DNA from: an uncultured Gemmatimonadaceae bacterium
Lineage (GTDB): Bacteria; Gemmatimonadota; Gemmatimonadetes; Gemmatimonadales; GWC2-71-9
Direction of reading: 5' to 3'
Length of the DNA stretch: 64,000 nt
Assembly (NCBI GenBank): GCA_964599725.1
Contig: CAZRGT010000007.1
Location: 6,309 to 70,308, forward strand
Made by a program: the position numbers and the translations under genes. Below are positions 18,304 to 26,124 of the stretch, piece after piece. The notes beneath the pieces are model-generated. The model was not told where the DNA came from. It did no database searches and was given only the letters and a program-made list of their open reading frames with translations. Each line of letters starts with the position of its first letter. Position 1 is the first letter of the stretch.

Positions 18304-20595
18304 TTAACTCCGCGCGCCAGCCCCGGCGCGCAGCAGCCGGGCCGCTGCCACGAGATTCTTCAGCGACGGCACGGTTTCGGCCCAGCCGCGGGTCTTCAAG
18401 CCGCAGTCGGGGTTGACCCAGATCTGGCGCTCGTCGAGCACGCCGCGCATCGCCCCCAGGGCGGTCGTGATCTCCTCGACCGACGGCACCCGGGGCGAGT
18501 GAATGTCGTAGACGCCGGGGCCGATCTCGTTCGGGTAGCGGTAGCCGCGGAACGCCCGCAACAGCTCCGAGCCCGAGCGCGCGTTCTCGATCGAGATCAC
18601 GTCCGCGTCCATACGGGCGATGACCTGCACGACGTCGTTGAACTCGCTGTAGCACATGTGCGTGTGGATCTGCGTCTCGTCGGCGACGCCACTCGTCGCC
18701 AACCGGAACGCGTCCACCGCCCAGGCCTGATACGCCGGCCAGTCGGCACGCCGCAGCGGCATCCCCTCGCGCAACGCCGGCTCGTCGATCTGGATGATAC
18801 GAATGCCCGCCGCTTCGAGGTCCTTCACCTCGTCGCGAATGGCGAGCGCCAGCTGCATCGCGCTGTCGCTCCGTGGCTGGTCGTCGCGCACGAACGACCA
18901 CTGCAGGATCGTCACTGGGCCCGTGAGCATGCCCTTCACGGGCTGCCGCGTCTGCGATTGGGCAAACGCGCTCCAGCGCACCGTCATCGGCCCCGGGCGC
19001 GCCACGTCGCCGTAGATGATCGGCGGCTTGACGTAGCGCGTGCCGTAGGATTGGACCCAGCCGTGCTCAGTGAACGCGAATCCGGCCAGCCGCTCGCCGA
19101 AATACTCGACCATGTCGTTGCGCTCGAATTCGCCGTGCACCAGCACGTCCAGCCCGATGTCTTCCTGCAACCGAAGCGCCTTGCCGATCTGCTCCTCGAC
19201 GAATCGCTCGTACTGCGCGGCCGACAGCGATCCATCGAGGAACCGTCGCCGGGCGGCGCGCACCTCGGCGGTCTGCGGGAACGATCCGATCGTGGTGGTC
19301 GGAAACAGCGGCAAGGCCACCTGATGCTTCCGGCGCTCCGGATATGGCGTCGCGCGCCGCCGGTCCGCTTCGCTCACCCCCGCCACACGTTGGCGGACCT
19401 TCGGATCGTGGGTGAGCCGTGACGCGCGCCGCGCCGCAACTGCCGCTCGGCTGTCCGCAAGCGCCGGGGCCACCGCTGGTCGGCCCTCCCGGATCGCCCC
19501 GGTGAGGGTCGCGACCTCTCCCAGTTTCTGTTTGGCAAAGGCGAGCCAGGACCGGGGCGCAGGCTGGAGATGCGCCTCGAGATCGAGATCGATCGGCACG
19601 TGCAGCAGCGAGCAGGACGACGCGACCCAGACGTGATCGGGCCCCAGCCGCTCGGTTGCGCGCTCGAGCGCCGGCAACGCCGCTTCGAGATCGGTGCGCC
19701 ACACGTTGCGTCCGTCCACGACGCCGAGCGACAACACGCGCCCCTTGGGCCAGCGTGCCAGGAGCGGTTCGAGCTGTTCCGGGGCCCGCACCAGGTCGAC
19801 GTGCAGCCCATGGGAGGGCAGCGCGAGCGCGGTCGCAAGGTTGTCCCCCAGCCCGGCGAAGTAGGTGGCGATCAGGAGCTTGGCGCCGCCCGTGCGCTCG
19901 GCCAGGAATCCATAGGCGGTGCGGTAGCGCTCGAGCTCGGCGGCGCTGCGGTCGAGCGCGAGACACGGCTCGTCGAGCTGCACCCATTCGGCGCCGGCCG
20001 CCGCGAGCGCGGTGAGCACCTCGGCGTACACGGGCAACAGTCGCTCGAGCAAGTCGAGCCGGTCGAAGCCGGATTCCTTCTCCTTGCCGAGCAGGAGGAA
20101 CGTGAGCGGACCGATCAGCACCGGTTTGGTTCGGATGCCGAGTGCCTGCGCCTCGGCGAATTCGTCGACCGGCTTGGACGAGGCGAGCCGGAATCGCTGA
20201 TCGCGGGTGAACTCGGGGACGAGGTAGTGGTAGTTGGTGTCGAACCACTTGGTCATCTCCATCGCGACGACGTCCCGGCCGGCGTTCTGCACGCCGCGCG
20301 CCATCGCGAACAGCGTGTCGAGATCGACCGTCGCGCCGGTCCATCCATAGCGTGCCGGCACGGCCCCGACGAGCGCGCAAATATCCAGCACGCGATCGTA
20401 AAAGGAGAAGTCGTTCGAGGCGGCCAGGTCGATTCCGGCGTCGCGTTGCAAGCGCCAGTGGCGGGCGCGTAGCTCCACGCCGGTCGCGAGCAGTGCGTCG
20501 CGGGAAATCTTGCCGCTCCAATAAGCTTCCGTAGCGCGTTTCAGCTCGCGCGCGGCGCCGAGCGGAGGGAACCCCAGGGCATGTGAGATGGCCAT
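18304..20595 (-). CDS. metE: Cobalamin-independent methionine synthase (5-methyltetrahydropteroyltriglutamate-homocysteine methyltransferase)
   Basis: The internal ATG gives MAISHALGFPPLGAARELKRATEAYWSGKI.. The C-terminal half contains ..IQIDEPALREG.. and HMCYSEFNDV. The product is 763 aa. Confidence 0.9.
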   Translation of the reverse strand: MAISHALGFPPLGAARELKRATEAYWSGKISRDALLATGVELRARHWRLQRDAGIDLAASNDFSFYDRVLDICALVGAVPARYGWTGATVDLDTLFAMARGVQNAGRDVVAMEMTKWFDTNYHYLVPEFTRDQRFRLASSKPVDEFAEAQALGIRTKPVLIGPLTFLLLGKEKESGFDRLDLLERLLPVYAEVLTALAAAGAEWVQLDEPCLALDRSAAELERYRTAYGFLAERTGGAKLLIATYFAGLGDNLATALALPSHGLHVDLVRAPEQLEPLLARWPKGRVLSLGVVDGRNVWRTDLEAALPALERATERLGPDHVWVASSCSLLHVPIDLDLEAHLQPAPRSWLAFAKQKLGEVATLTGAIREGRPAVAPALADSRAAVAARRASRLTHDPKVRQRVAGVSEADRRRATPYPERRKHQVALPLFPTTTIGSFPQTAEVRAARRRFLDGSLSAAQYERFVEEQIGKALRLQEDIGLDVLVHGEFERNDMVEYFGERLAGFAFTEHGWVQSYGTRYVKPPIIYGDVARPGPMTVRWSAFAQSQTRQPVKGMLTGPVTILQWSFVRDDQPRSDSAMQLALAIRDEVKDLEAAGIRIIQIDEPALREGMPLRRADWPAYQAWAVDAFRLATSGVADETQIHTHMCYSEFNDVVQVIARMDADVISIENARSGSELLRAFRGYRYPNEIGPGVYDIHSPRVPSVEEITTALGAMRGVLDERQIWVNPDCGLKTRGWAETVPSLKNLVAAARLLRAGAGARS

Positions 20596-20643
20596 GGGGG
20601 GGGAATCTAGCGGTGGAAACGCAATCTCTCCATGAACGGCAGC

Positions 20644-20668
20644 GGGCGGACGGTGCAGCCGTCCGCCC
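20644..20668 (-). terminator. GC-rich hairpin between the DUF4382 gene and metE (terminator or metE leader structure)
   Basis: GGGCGGACGG-tgcag-CCGTCCGCCC forms a perfect 10-bp stem. It lies 42 nt after the DUF4382 stop and 49 nt before the metE ATG. No U-tract follows on either strand. Confidence 0.35.
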
Positions 20669-20709
20669 ACGAGCCGAGGGAGCCCTCCCGGATCCCGACC
20701 TCCCCGCCG

Positions 20710-21513
20710 TTAGGGATTGCTGAGATCCACACCCGTGACTTGCTGGCCGGGGCCAACGACGACCGGCGTACTCGTGACTTTGTGGGCGTTGACGGTGTTG
20801 CTGTCCAACACTGTATAGGTCGCCGGCGGCAGGAACATCAGGGTGTACGCCCCGGTGCTCGGATCGGCGTCAGCGCTGGCCACTGTGTCATTGCTGGCGT
20901 TGATCGCGAACAGTACCGCCGTGGCCGGGGTCGAAGTGCCGGAAATCGAACCAGCGACGTCCTGGACCACCCCGTGCAGGACCGGCGTGAACAGCACCCC
21001 GTGCGGGCCCGTCGGGGGACCCGTGAGGACGAAGCTCTGCAAGACGCTAAAGTCCACGACCAGGAACGTCTGATTCGGCGCAATATGGATCGGCCCCCCG
21101 AACTCGACTTTGATCCCCGTTTGCATTCCGCTCGGTACCTTCATCGTTACCGTATCGGTGCCGTTGGTGAAGGTGGCGGGGCTTGCGAGCTTGACCCTAG
21201 CTGAATCCACGATCAGCCGCAGTTGCACGTAATCGCCCGCCGGTATCGTTGCGTCGCCAAGCAGTACCGTGACACCGCCTTGGAGATCCAGCAAGTGATA
21301 CTCGGTCGAGGGACTGGTCGGGATCGTGTAACGGGAGGTTCCGTCAGCTCCGATCAGATAGACACTTGAAATCCACGCTGACGCCTCGCTGATGCTGGAA
21401 CCAGGGGCGTCTGTCAGCCGCACGAAAACATGGCTCATTTGAGGTCCGGCGCCGCCCTCACAGGCGAGAAGTCCGGCGGCCAACGTGAGCACTAGATATC
21501 TGGCGGTTCGCAT
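20710..21513 (-). CDS. DUF4382-like lipoprotein
   Basis: 267 aa with lipobox LTLAAGLLACEGG. It contains ..VFVRLTDAPGS..ASAWISSVYLIG..YHLLDLQGG..IPAGDYVQLRLIV.., the pattern I associate with DUF4382. Confidence 0.6.
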   Translation of the reverse strand: MRTARYLVLTLAAGLLACEGGAGPQMSHVFVRLTDAPGSSISEASAWISSVYLIGADGTSRYTIPTSPSTEYHLLDLQGGVTVLLGDATIPAGDYVQLRLIVDSARVKLASPATFTNGTDTVTMKVPSGMQTGIKVEFGGPIHIAPNQTFLVVDFSVLQSFVLTGPPTGPHGVLFTPVLHGVVQDVAGSISGTSTPATAVLFAINASNDTVASADADPSTGAYTLMFLPPATYTVLDSNTVNAHKVTSTPVVVGPGQQVTGVDLSNP

Positions 21514-21607
21514 AGGTCTTTGCTCGGCTCCGCGTAATGGGTTAGGTCGGCTTTGTCCTAAAGAGCGGCCAACCGGTCGCGGAGTAACGCAGCATGAGGC
21601 GATGGTG

Positions 21608-22264
21608 TCAGGGTTTGTGCGGGTTGCCCTGGCCCTGGCCTCTGGGCCGAGGGGGCTGGTGGGCCGCTGCGGCTCGCTCGAGTCCGGCCGCTGCCGCCGC
21701 TGGCGGAGACCCGCTGGCCATCGCGGCCTGGACCTGGCTCGGCAAGCTCAGCAGGTCACCGAGCGGGCGACCAGACTGTATCGTCGCCCGTACGAGACCG
21801 ACGGTCTCCGCTCGAGGGACTCCCAGTGCGGCGAGCAGCCCGGCAACTTGCAGCGCGACGGCTGTCGGATGAGAGCGATCGGTAGCCCGCGCGAGTTCGG
21901 CCACGTCTCCGGCCGTCAGTCCTGCATCCAGGGCGAACGCCCCCGCTTCAACGGCATCGTCACCCGGGCCAGGACCGCCGGCCGTGCGCAGCGCCGTGGC
22001 CGCAGCGTCGAGTCGCTGGAATACGCCGCCCACGGCGGTCACGATCCGGTCCGGCGCCACTCCTTTGACCGCGCCTTCGAGGGCCTTGTCCACGAGTGGA
22101 CCGGCGGGAAGGCCACGGGCGTGCGCCGAATCCACGAGGAGGGATACGGCCGCGGCGACGGCCGGTGGGACCCGCCCGGAAAGACGAGACCGCGGATCTC
22201 CCTGCGCGACGAGATTCGAGACCAGCAGGGCGGCCAGTGCGAGCCAGATGGCGCCCCGTTTCAC
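21608..22264 (-). CDS. Hypothetical exported alanine-rich helical protein
   Basis: The GTG at 22264 lies in a GTGA overlap with the anti-sigma stop. It has the signal peptide VKRGAIWLALAALLVSNLVAQG. I recognise no family. Confidence 0.5.
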   Translation of the reverse strand: MKRGAIWLALAALLVSNLVAQGDPRSRLSGRVPPAVAAAVSLLVDSAHARGLPAGPLVDKALEGAVKGVAPDRIVTAVGGVFQRLDAAATALRTAGGPGPGDDAVEAGAFALDAGLTAGDVAELARATDRSHPTAVALQVAGLLAALGVPRAETVGLVRATIQSGRPLGDLLSLPSQVQAAMASGSPPAAAAAGLERAAAAHQPPRPRGQGQGNPHKP

Positions 22265-22890
22265 AGAATCCGTCCTTGCACGGGACTGACACTGAGCACG
22301 CTGTTCTTTCGCCCGAAACCGTCGTCGATACTGGGCGCGGCTGGATCGGGGATCCAGTGCTGCCCATCCACGATGAAGCCGTATTGGTGCTGGCCGACCG
22401 GGAGCGCAACCGTCACGGTCCACACGCCTGGCGCGCCGATACGGGTGAGTGGGATGGCGGCGGGATCCCAGCGATTGAACGTCCCGGCTAACGCGACGCG
22501 CCGAGCGTCCCCCGCGAACAGCACGAACCTGACGTACACGCTCTCAGGGGCAGCCGGCGCGGGGACCGCCACGACCGGCCCGCCGTCCGGGACGAACCGG
22601 ATCAGCACCAGGGCGATCGCTGCGGTTGCGAACGCACCGACGACCCACGGAGGCACGCTGGGCGCCGTGAGCCAGCGCCACGCGCGGTAACGGGGCGATG
22701 CGGCGTGGTGCCTCACGACCGCCATGACCCGCGTATCGAGATGGGGCGACAGCACGACATCCGATCGATCGACTGCGGCCAGCAGGCGGCTCGCCGCTTC
22801 GCCTTCCGCTCGAAGCGAGGGCGGCAGCTCGCCGGAAGCGCGGTCGCCGTCCAGCACCTGCTTGACGAGTGGATCGAATTCCCGGTTCAT
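22261..22890 (-). CDS. Putative anti-sigma factor with C-terminal CBM48/E-set (glycogen-binding-like) domain
   Basis: 209 aa with an ATGA overlap with the sigma stop. It has one TM segment (VPPWVVGAFATAAIALVLIRFV). The C-terminal region reads ..VYVRFVLFAGDARRVALAGTFNRWDP..PGVWTVTVALPVGQHQYGFIVDGQHWIPDP.. Confidence 0.65.
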   Translation of the reverse strand: MNREFDPLVKQVLDGDRASGELPPSLRAEGEAASRLLAAVDRSDVVLSPHLDTRVMAVVRHHAASPRYRAWRWLTAPSVPPWVVGAFATAAIALVLIRFVPDGGPVVAVPAPAAPESVYVRFVLFAGDARRVALAGTFNRWDPAAIPLTRIGAPGVWTVTVALPVGQHQYGFIVDGQHWIPDPAAPSIDDGFGRKNSVLSVSPVQGRIL

Positions 22891-23399
22891 CGCATCTCCT
22901 GGAGCAGCTCCCGCAATCGATCGTACGCTCGGTGCATCCGCATTTTCAGGGCTGCCACCCCGGTCCCAACGCGGGCCGCGATCTCATCGTAGGACAGTTC
23001 CTCCACATGCTTCAACACGAACACTTCTCGCTGCTGCGGCGTCAGCCGGAGCAACGCCCGCTGAAGAGCATGGGACCGCTCGGCCTGCTCGAGCCGTGCC
23101 TGCGAGACGTCCGGCGCCTGCGGCTCCGGCACCGTTTCCATGCCATCCCTGCGCCGATCCCGACGCCGCTCGGCGAAGCAGCGGTTGCGGAGGATGAGAA
23201 AGAACCATCCCGCGAAATTCTCCGGATCGCGACATCGCGCCAGCTGATCGAAGGCCTGGATCAGCGCGTCTTGTACGGCGTCCTCGGCCGCGTCGACGGA
23301 GCCCAACAACCGGGTCGCGTAGCGCGCGTACCGGTCCCGGTAGCGGCGCACCAGGAGGGCGTATTGCTCGACGTCCCCCTGCAGCACCGCCCGCACCAC
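22887..23399 (-). CDS. ECF RNA polymerase sigma factor
   Basis: 170 aa. It contains ..QYALLVRRYRDRYARYATRLLG..AEDAVQDALIQAF.. Region 4 reads PQQREVFVLKHVEELSYDEIAARVGTGVAALKMRMHRA. Confidence 0.9.
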   Translation of the reverse strand: MVRAVLQGDVEQYALLVRRYRDRYARYATRLLGSVDAAEDAVQDALIQAFDQLARCRDPENFAGWFFLILRNRCFAERRRDRRRDGMETVPEPQAPDVSQARLEQAERSHALQRALLRLTPQQREVFVLKHVEELSYDEIAARVGTGVAALKMRMHRAYDRLRELLQEMR

Positions 23400-23549
23400 C
23401 GTTCCATCCGACGGCTCCGCCGTGCGCTCCCCCTAGGACCTCGTGTGTCACGCCCGCGCTCCTCGGATGCTACGAGACCGGACCAGCCCCGGCAACCGTG
23501 TGAAGATGCTCCCCACGGGATCGGGTAACGCTCGTATTTTACGGGTTCC

Positions 23550-24644
23550 ATGTCCCGTCTGCTTATCGGCTCGCTCACAGGAGTACTGCTCGTCGGTCGC
23601 CCGGCCGCGATGCGGGCACAAACCGATGCCTCGCTCGCCGTCGGAGTCGGCACGGTGCGCTTCCCCGGCGGCACGACTGTCGGCGTCTTCTCCGTCGTCC
23701 CGGGGTTGCAGATCACCAGTCCCGGTCGGGATATCTCGGTTGGAGGTACGTTCGCCTCGCTCCCCTCCGGCAATGGCTACGTGCAAGGTCGCTTCGCGGC
23801 CTGGATGGCGACCGCTCCGTTCGCGGGCCGCTGGCGTTTGGCGGGGGAAGCCCAGCTCTCCGGCGCGACACGGGGAGCGGGCTTGGCCAATGGCGCGGGC
23901 CGGCTGGCGGTGGAGGGATTGTTCGCCGCTCGCAGATGGGGTGTGGGCGCCGCCGCGGGGCCCGTCTCCGGTTGGATCCTCGGCGCGGCTCCGGTTACCG
24001 CTTGGCGCGCCCGGGTTCGGGGCTGGTGGCGGGATGCCCCAGGGCAGCTGGAGCTCATCGCCAACATCGAGCCGACCCGGTTCCTGGGGGCCTGGTTCAC
24101 CGACGTCGGGAGCGGCCTCGTCGCCCGGAGCGGAAGACTCGAGGCTCGGGTGTCGGCTTCGGCGCGGTTGAGTGGAACCTATGGGTCCAAGGCCGCCGCG
24201 CTCGGGTCGGCCGAGCTTCGTCTGTCTCCCAGGGTGTCGCTGGAAGCCGTCGGTGGGAATGTCCTGCCCGACCCCTATCAGGGACTACCAGCCAGTGGCT
24301 TCGTGACGGCCGGCGTGCGCATCAACTTTCCGCTGCGAACCGGATCACCAGACGCGCTCGTGCAATCTCGGTCATTCCGCGTCTCACGCCGGGGCGACGA
24401 GATCGTAATCAGGCTGAAGCGGAGCGGCGCGCGTGATGTCGCCGTCGCCGGCGACTGGAACGGATGGACTCCGGTCCCGCTGGCGCGCATCGGCCACGAC
24501 CTGTGGGAGCTCCCCACTCCCATCCCGCGCGGCTCGCATCACTTTGTCATGATCATCGACGGCACGCCGTGGCAGATTCCCGAGGGTGTGCCGAGTGTGC
24601 CGGACGGCATGGGTGGGCGGGTGGCCGTGCTGACCGTCTTCTGA
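23550..24644 (+). CDS. Exported beta-barrel-like protein with C-terminal CBM48/E-set-like domain
   Basis: 364 aa with signal peptide LLVGRPAAMRAQT. About 270 aa of alternating G/A/S-rich strand-like sequence end in ..GFVTAGVRINF. This is followed by ..RDVAVAGDWNGWTPVPLARIGHDLWELPTPIPRGSHHFVMIIDGTPWQIPEG.. Confidence 0.55.
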   Translation: MSRLLIGSLTGVLLVGRPAAMRAQTDASLAVGVGTVRFPGGTTVGVFSVVPGLQITSPGRDISVGGTFASLPSGNGYVQGRFAAWMATAPFAGRWRLAGEAQLSGATRGAGLANGAGRLAVEGLFAARRWGVGAAAGPVSGWILGAAPVTAWRARVRGWWRDAPGQLELIANIEPTRFLGAWFTDVGSGLVARSGRLEARVSASARLSGTYGSKAAALGSAELRLSPRVSLEAVGGNVLPDPYQGLPASGFVTAGVRINFPLRTGSPDALVQSRSFRVSRRGDEIVIRLKRSGARDVAVAGDWNGWTPVPLARIGHDLWELPTPIPRGSHHFVMIIDGTPWQIPEGVPSVPDGMGGRVAVLTVF

Positions 24645-24693
24645 GACTCCCTACGCGTTCTGCCGCTGGACACCCTTGAGCCGGGGTACGAGA

Positions 24694-24730
24694 AAGACCG
24701 CCGGGCGGCACCATGTCACCCGGCGGTCTT
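24694..24730. terminator. Bidirectional hairpin between convergent genes
   Basis: AAGACCGCCGGG-(13 nt loop)-CCCGGCGGTCTT forms a perfect 12-bp stem. It lies between the stop codons at 24644 (+) and 24748 (-). On the minus strand it is followed by TCTCG. Confidence 0.55.
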
Positions 24731-24747
24731 CGTTCAGAGCGAGCAGA

Positions 24748-26109
24748 TTATTGCCGCGGCAGCACCTCGCTGGTCGGGATCGGCAGTGTGGGATGCACCA
24801 CGTCGCCCGCTCGATCGATGAGGACCTGGCCGAGCCTCCCCAGCCGCCGCATGTCGACCCACCGGTGCCCCTCGTACAGCAACGAGTACTTCTTCTGCAC
24901 CAGCAGCTCGTCGAGGATCTGCGCCTGGGTCTGCCCCGACAGCCCGCCGATGGCGGCGAGCCCGCCGGAGTTCACGCGGATGAAGTTGATGTCATCCGCT
25001 GCCTGGGTCGCATTGCCGAGCGCGTTGTTCGCCTCCGCGCGGAGCAGGATCAACTCCTCGTTACGAATGATCGGGACCGGCGCGTCGGGGCTGGAATAGC
25101 GGATCCAGCCAAGGTTGGAGGACAACCCGCCCGTCTGTTCCGTCGTGGGGCGAGTGATCACCTTGGCGGTGTACCGGGCGTCGCTGCCCCCGTTGACAAC
25201 CAGGCTGTCGCGAATCGACGGATGCACCAGGTTCTCCCCGGTGATCGGGTTTTGGAACAGCGGGTTAGCCGCGTCACCGGGATTAGTGCTGTAGACGTGA
25301 TACACGCCGTCGTCCAACGTCGCCGGCCCGGAAGTGTCCACGAAGGCCGCCGCGAGCGCCCCGAGCGCGGCCGTGTAACAGGTATTGCCGCAGCTCCCGC
25401 TCCCCCGGTATACCTCGACGCGCGCCTTCAGCGCCCGGTTGAACTTGACGAAGCTCGCCACCGTCGAAAAGTCGCCCCGGACGGGGTCGCTGAATCCGCC
25501 CCCAAAGCTGAACGGAAACGCGGCGCCGCCGGCGGTGAGGTGTGCTTGTCCCGCGTCGAGCAACGCCGTGACGAACCGGTACGCCGAGTCGTTGGTGACG
25601 AACGGCGCCGGGGGCTGAGTCGCGTCGCGGTTCACGTCGATCGGGATCGAATCTTCCGTGTGGCCCATCAACACCATGAGGAACGAATAGGCCTGCATGG
25701 TCTCGGCGAAGCCTTGGGTGGCGCTCTGCTCCGCCGCCGAGAGCGCGGTGGCAGTGCCGATGACGTTCAAGAGATCGTTGGCCGAGCGAATGGCGGCATA
25801 GTGCTCGGTCCAGTGGTCGCCGCCGAACGCGCCGCCGCCCGGATCGAGCGGGCCCTCGATCAATTCGTCGATGAAACGCGGGTCGGAGCCGTCGAAGCGG
25901 TAGGCCTCGCGGCCCATGATCCCGGCATCGAGGTTCCAATCCGCCGCGTCAGAGCGCGCGGCGACCAGAATGCCCGACGCGGCGGCCTGGACCTGCGGGC
26001 GCGACGGGTTGGTGCCGATCGGTGGCGGGTTGTTCGGATCGGTAATGTTGAAGTCGCAGGCTCCCGCCGCGAGCACTGCGACCGCCAGCAACAAATGAGT
26101 CGATTTCAT
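24748..26109 (-). CDS. SusD/RagB family outer-membrane lipoprotein
   Basis: 453 aa with lipobox LLLAVAVLAAGACDFN. It sits directly downstream of a SusC-like gene (15-nt gap). It shows the typical alpha-helical SusD-like composition (..LLRAEANNALGN.., ..KKYSLLYEGHRWVDMRRLG..). Confidence 0.8.
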   Translation of the reverse strand: MKSTHLLLAVAVLAAGACDFNITDPNNPPPIGTNPSRPQVQAAASGILVAARSDAADWNLDAGIMGREAYRFDGSDPRFIDELIEGPLDPGGGAFGGDHWTEHYAAIRSANDLLNVIGTATALSAAEQSATQGFAETMQAYSFLMVLMGHTEDSIPIDVNRDATQPPAPFVTNDSAYRFVTALLDAGQAHLTAGGAAFPFSFGGGFSDPVRGDFSTVASFVKFNRALKARVEVYRGSGSCGNTCYTAALGALAAAFVDTSGPATLDDGVYHVYSTNPGDAANPLFQNPITGENLVHPSIRDSLVVNGGSDARYTAKVITRPTTEQTGGLSSNLGWIRYSSPDAPVPIIRNEELILLRAEANNALGNATQAADDINFIRVNSGGLAAIGGLSGQTQAQILDELLVQKKYSLLYEGHRWVDMRRLGRLGQVLIDRAGDVVHPTLPIPTSEVLPRQ

Positions 26110-26124
26110 GGTCGGTGTCCTCGG

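Noticed and set aside
17038-19422. A 794-codon plus-strand ORF antisense to the ATP-grasp, nfu and metE genes.
   Set aside because: This is the same antisense-frame artefact. The composition is low-complexity and rich in Arg, Ala and Gly, and the opposite strand carries well-supported genes.
20596-20709. A possible cobalamin or SAM riboswitch in the metE leader.
   Set aside because: The gap is only 114 nt and is largely taken up by one simple 10-bp hairpin. I could not find B12-box-like or SAM-I/II-like conserved segments. A cobalamin element would normally need roughly twice this length. An Rfam scan would settle it.
23520-23549. An ECF-like GGAACC..CGTTAC motif (minus strand) in the divergent region between the sigma gene at 23399 and the barrel-CBM48 gene.
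   Set aside because: The AAC-to-CGT spacing is 14 nt, compared with the 15-17 nt expected, and the site abuts the ATG of the opposite gene. This is too weak to call without transcription start data.
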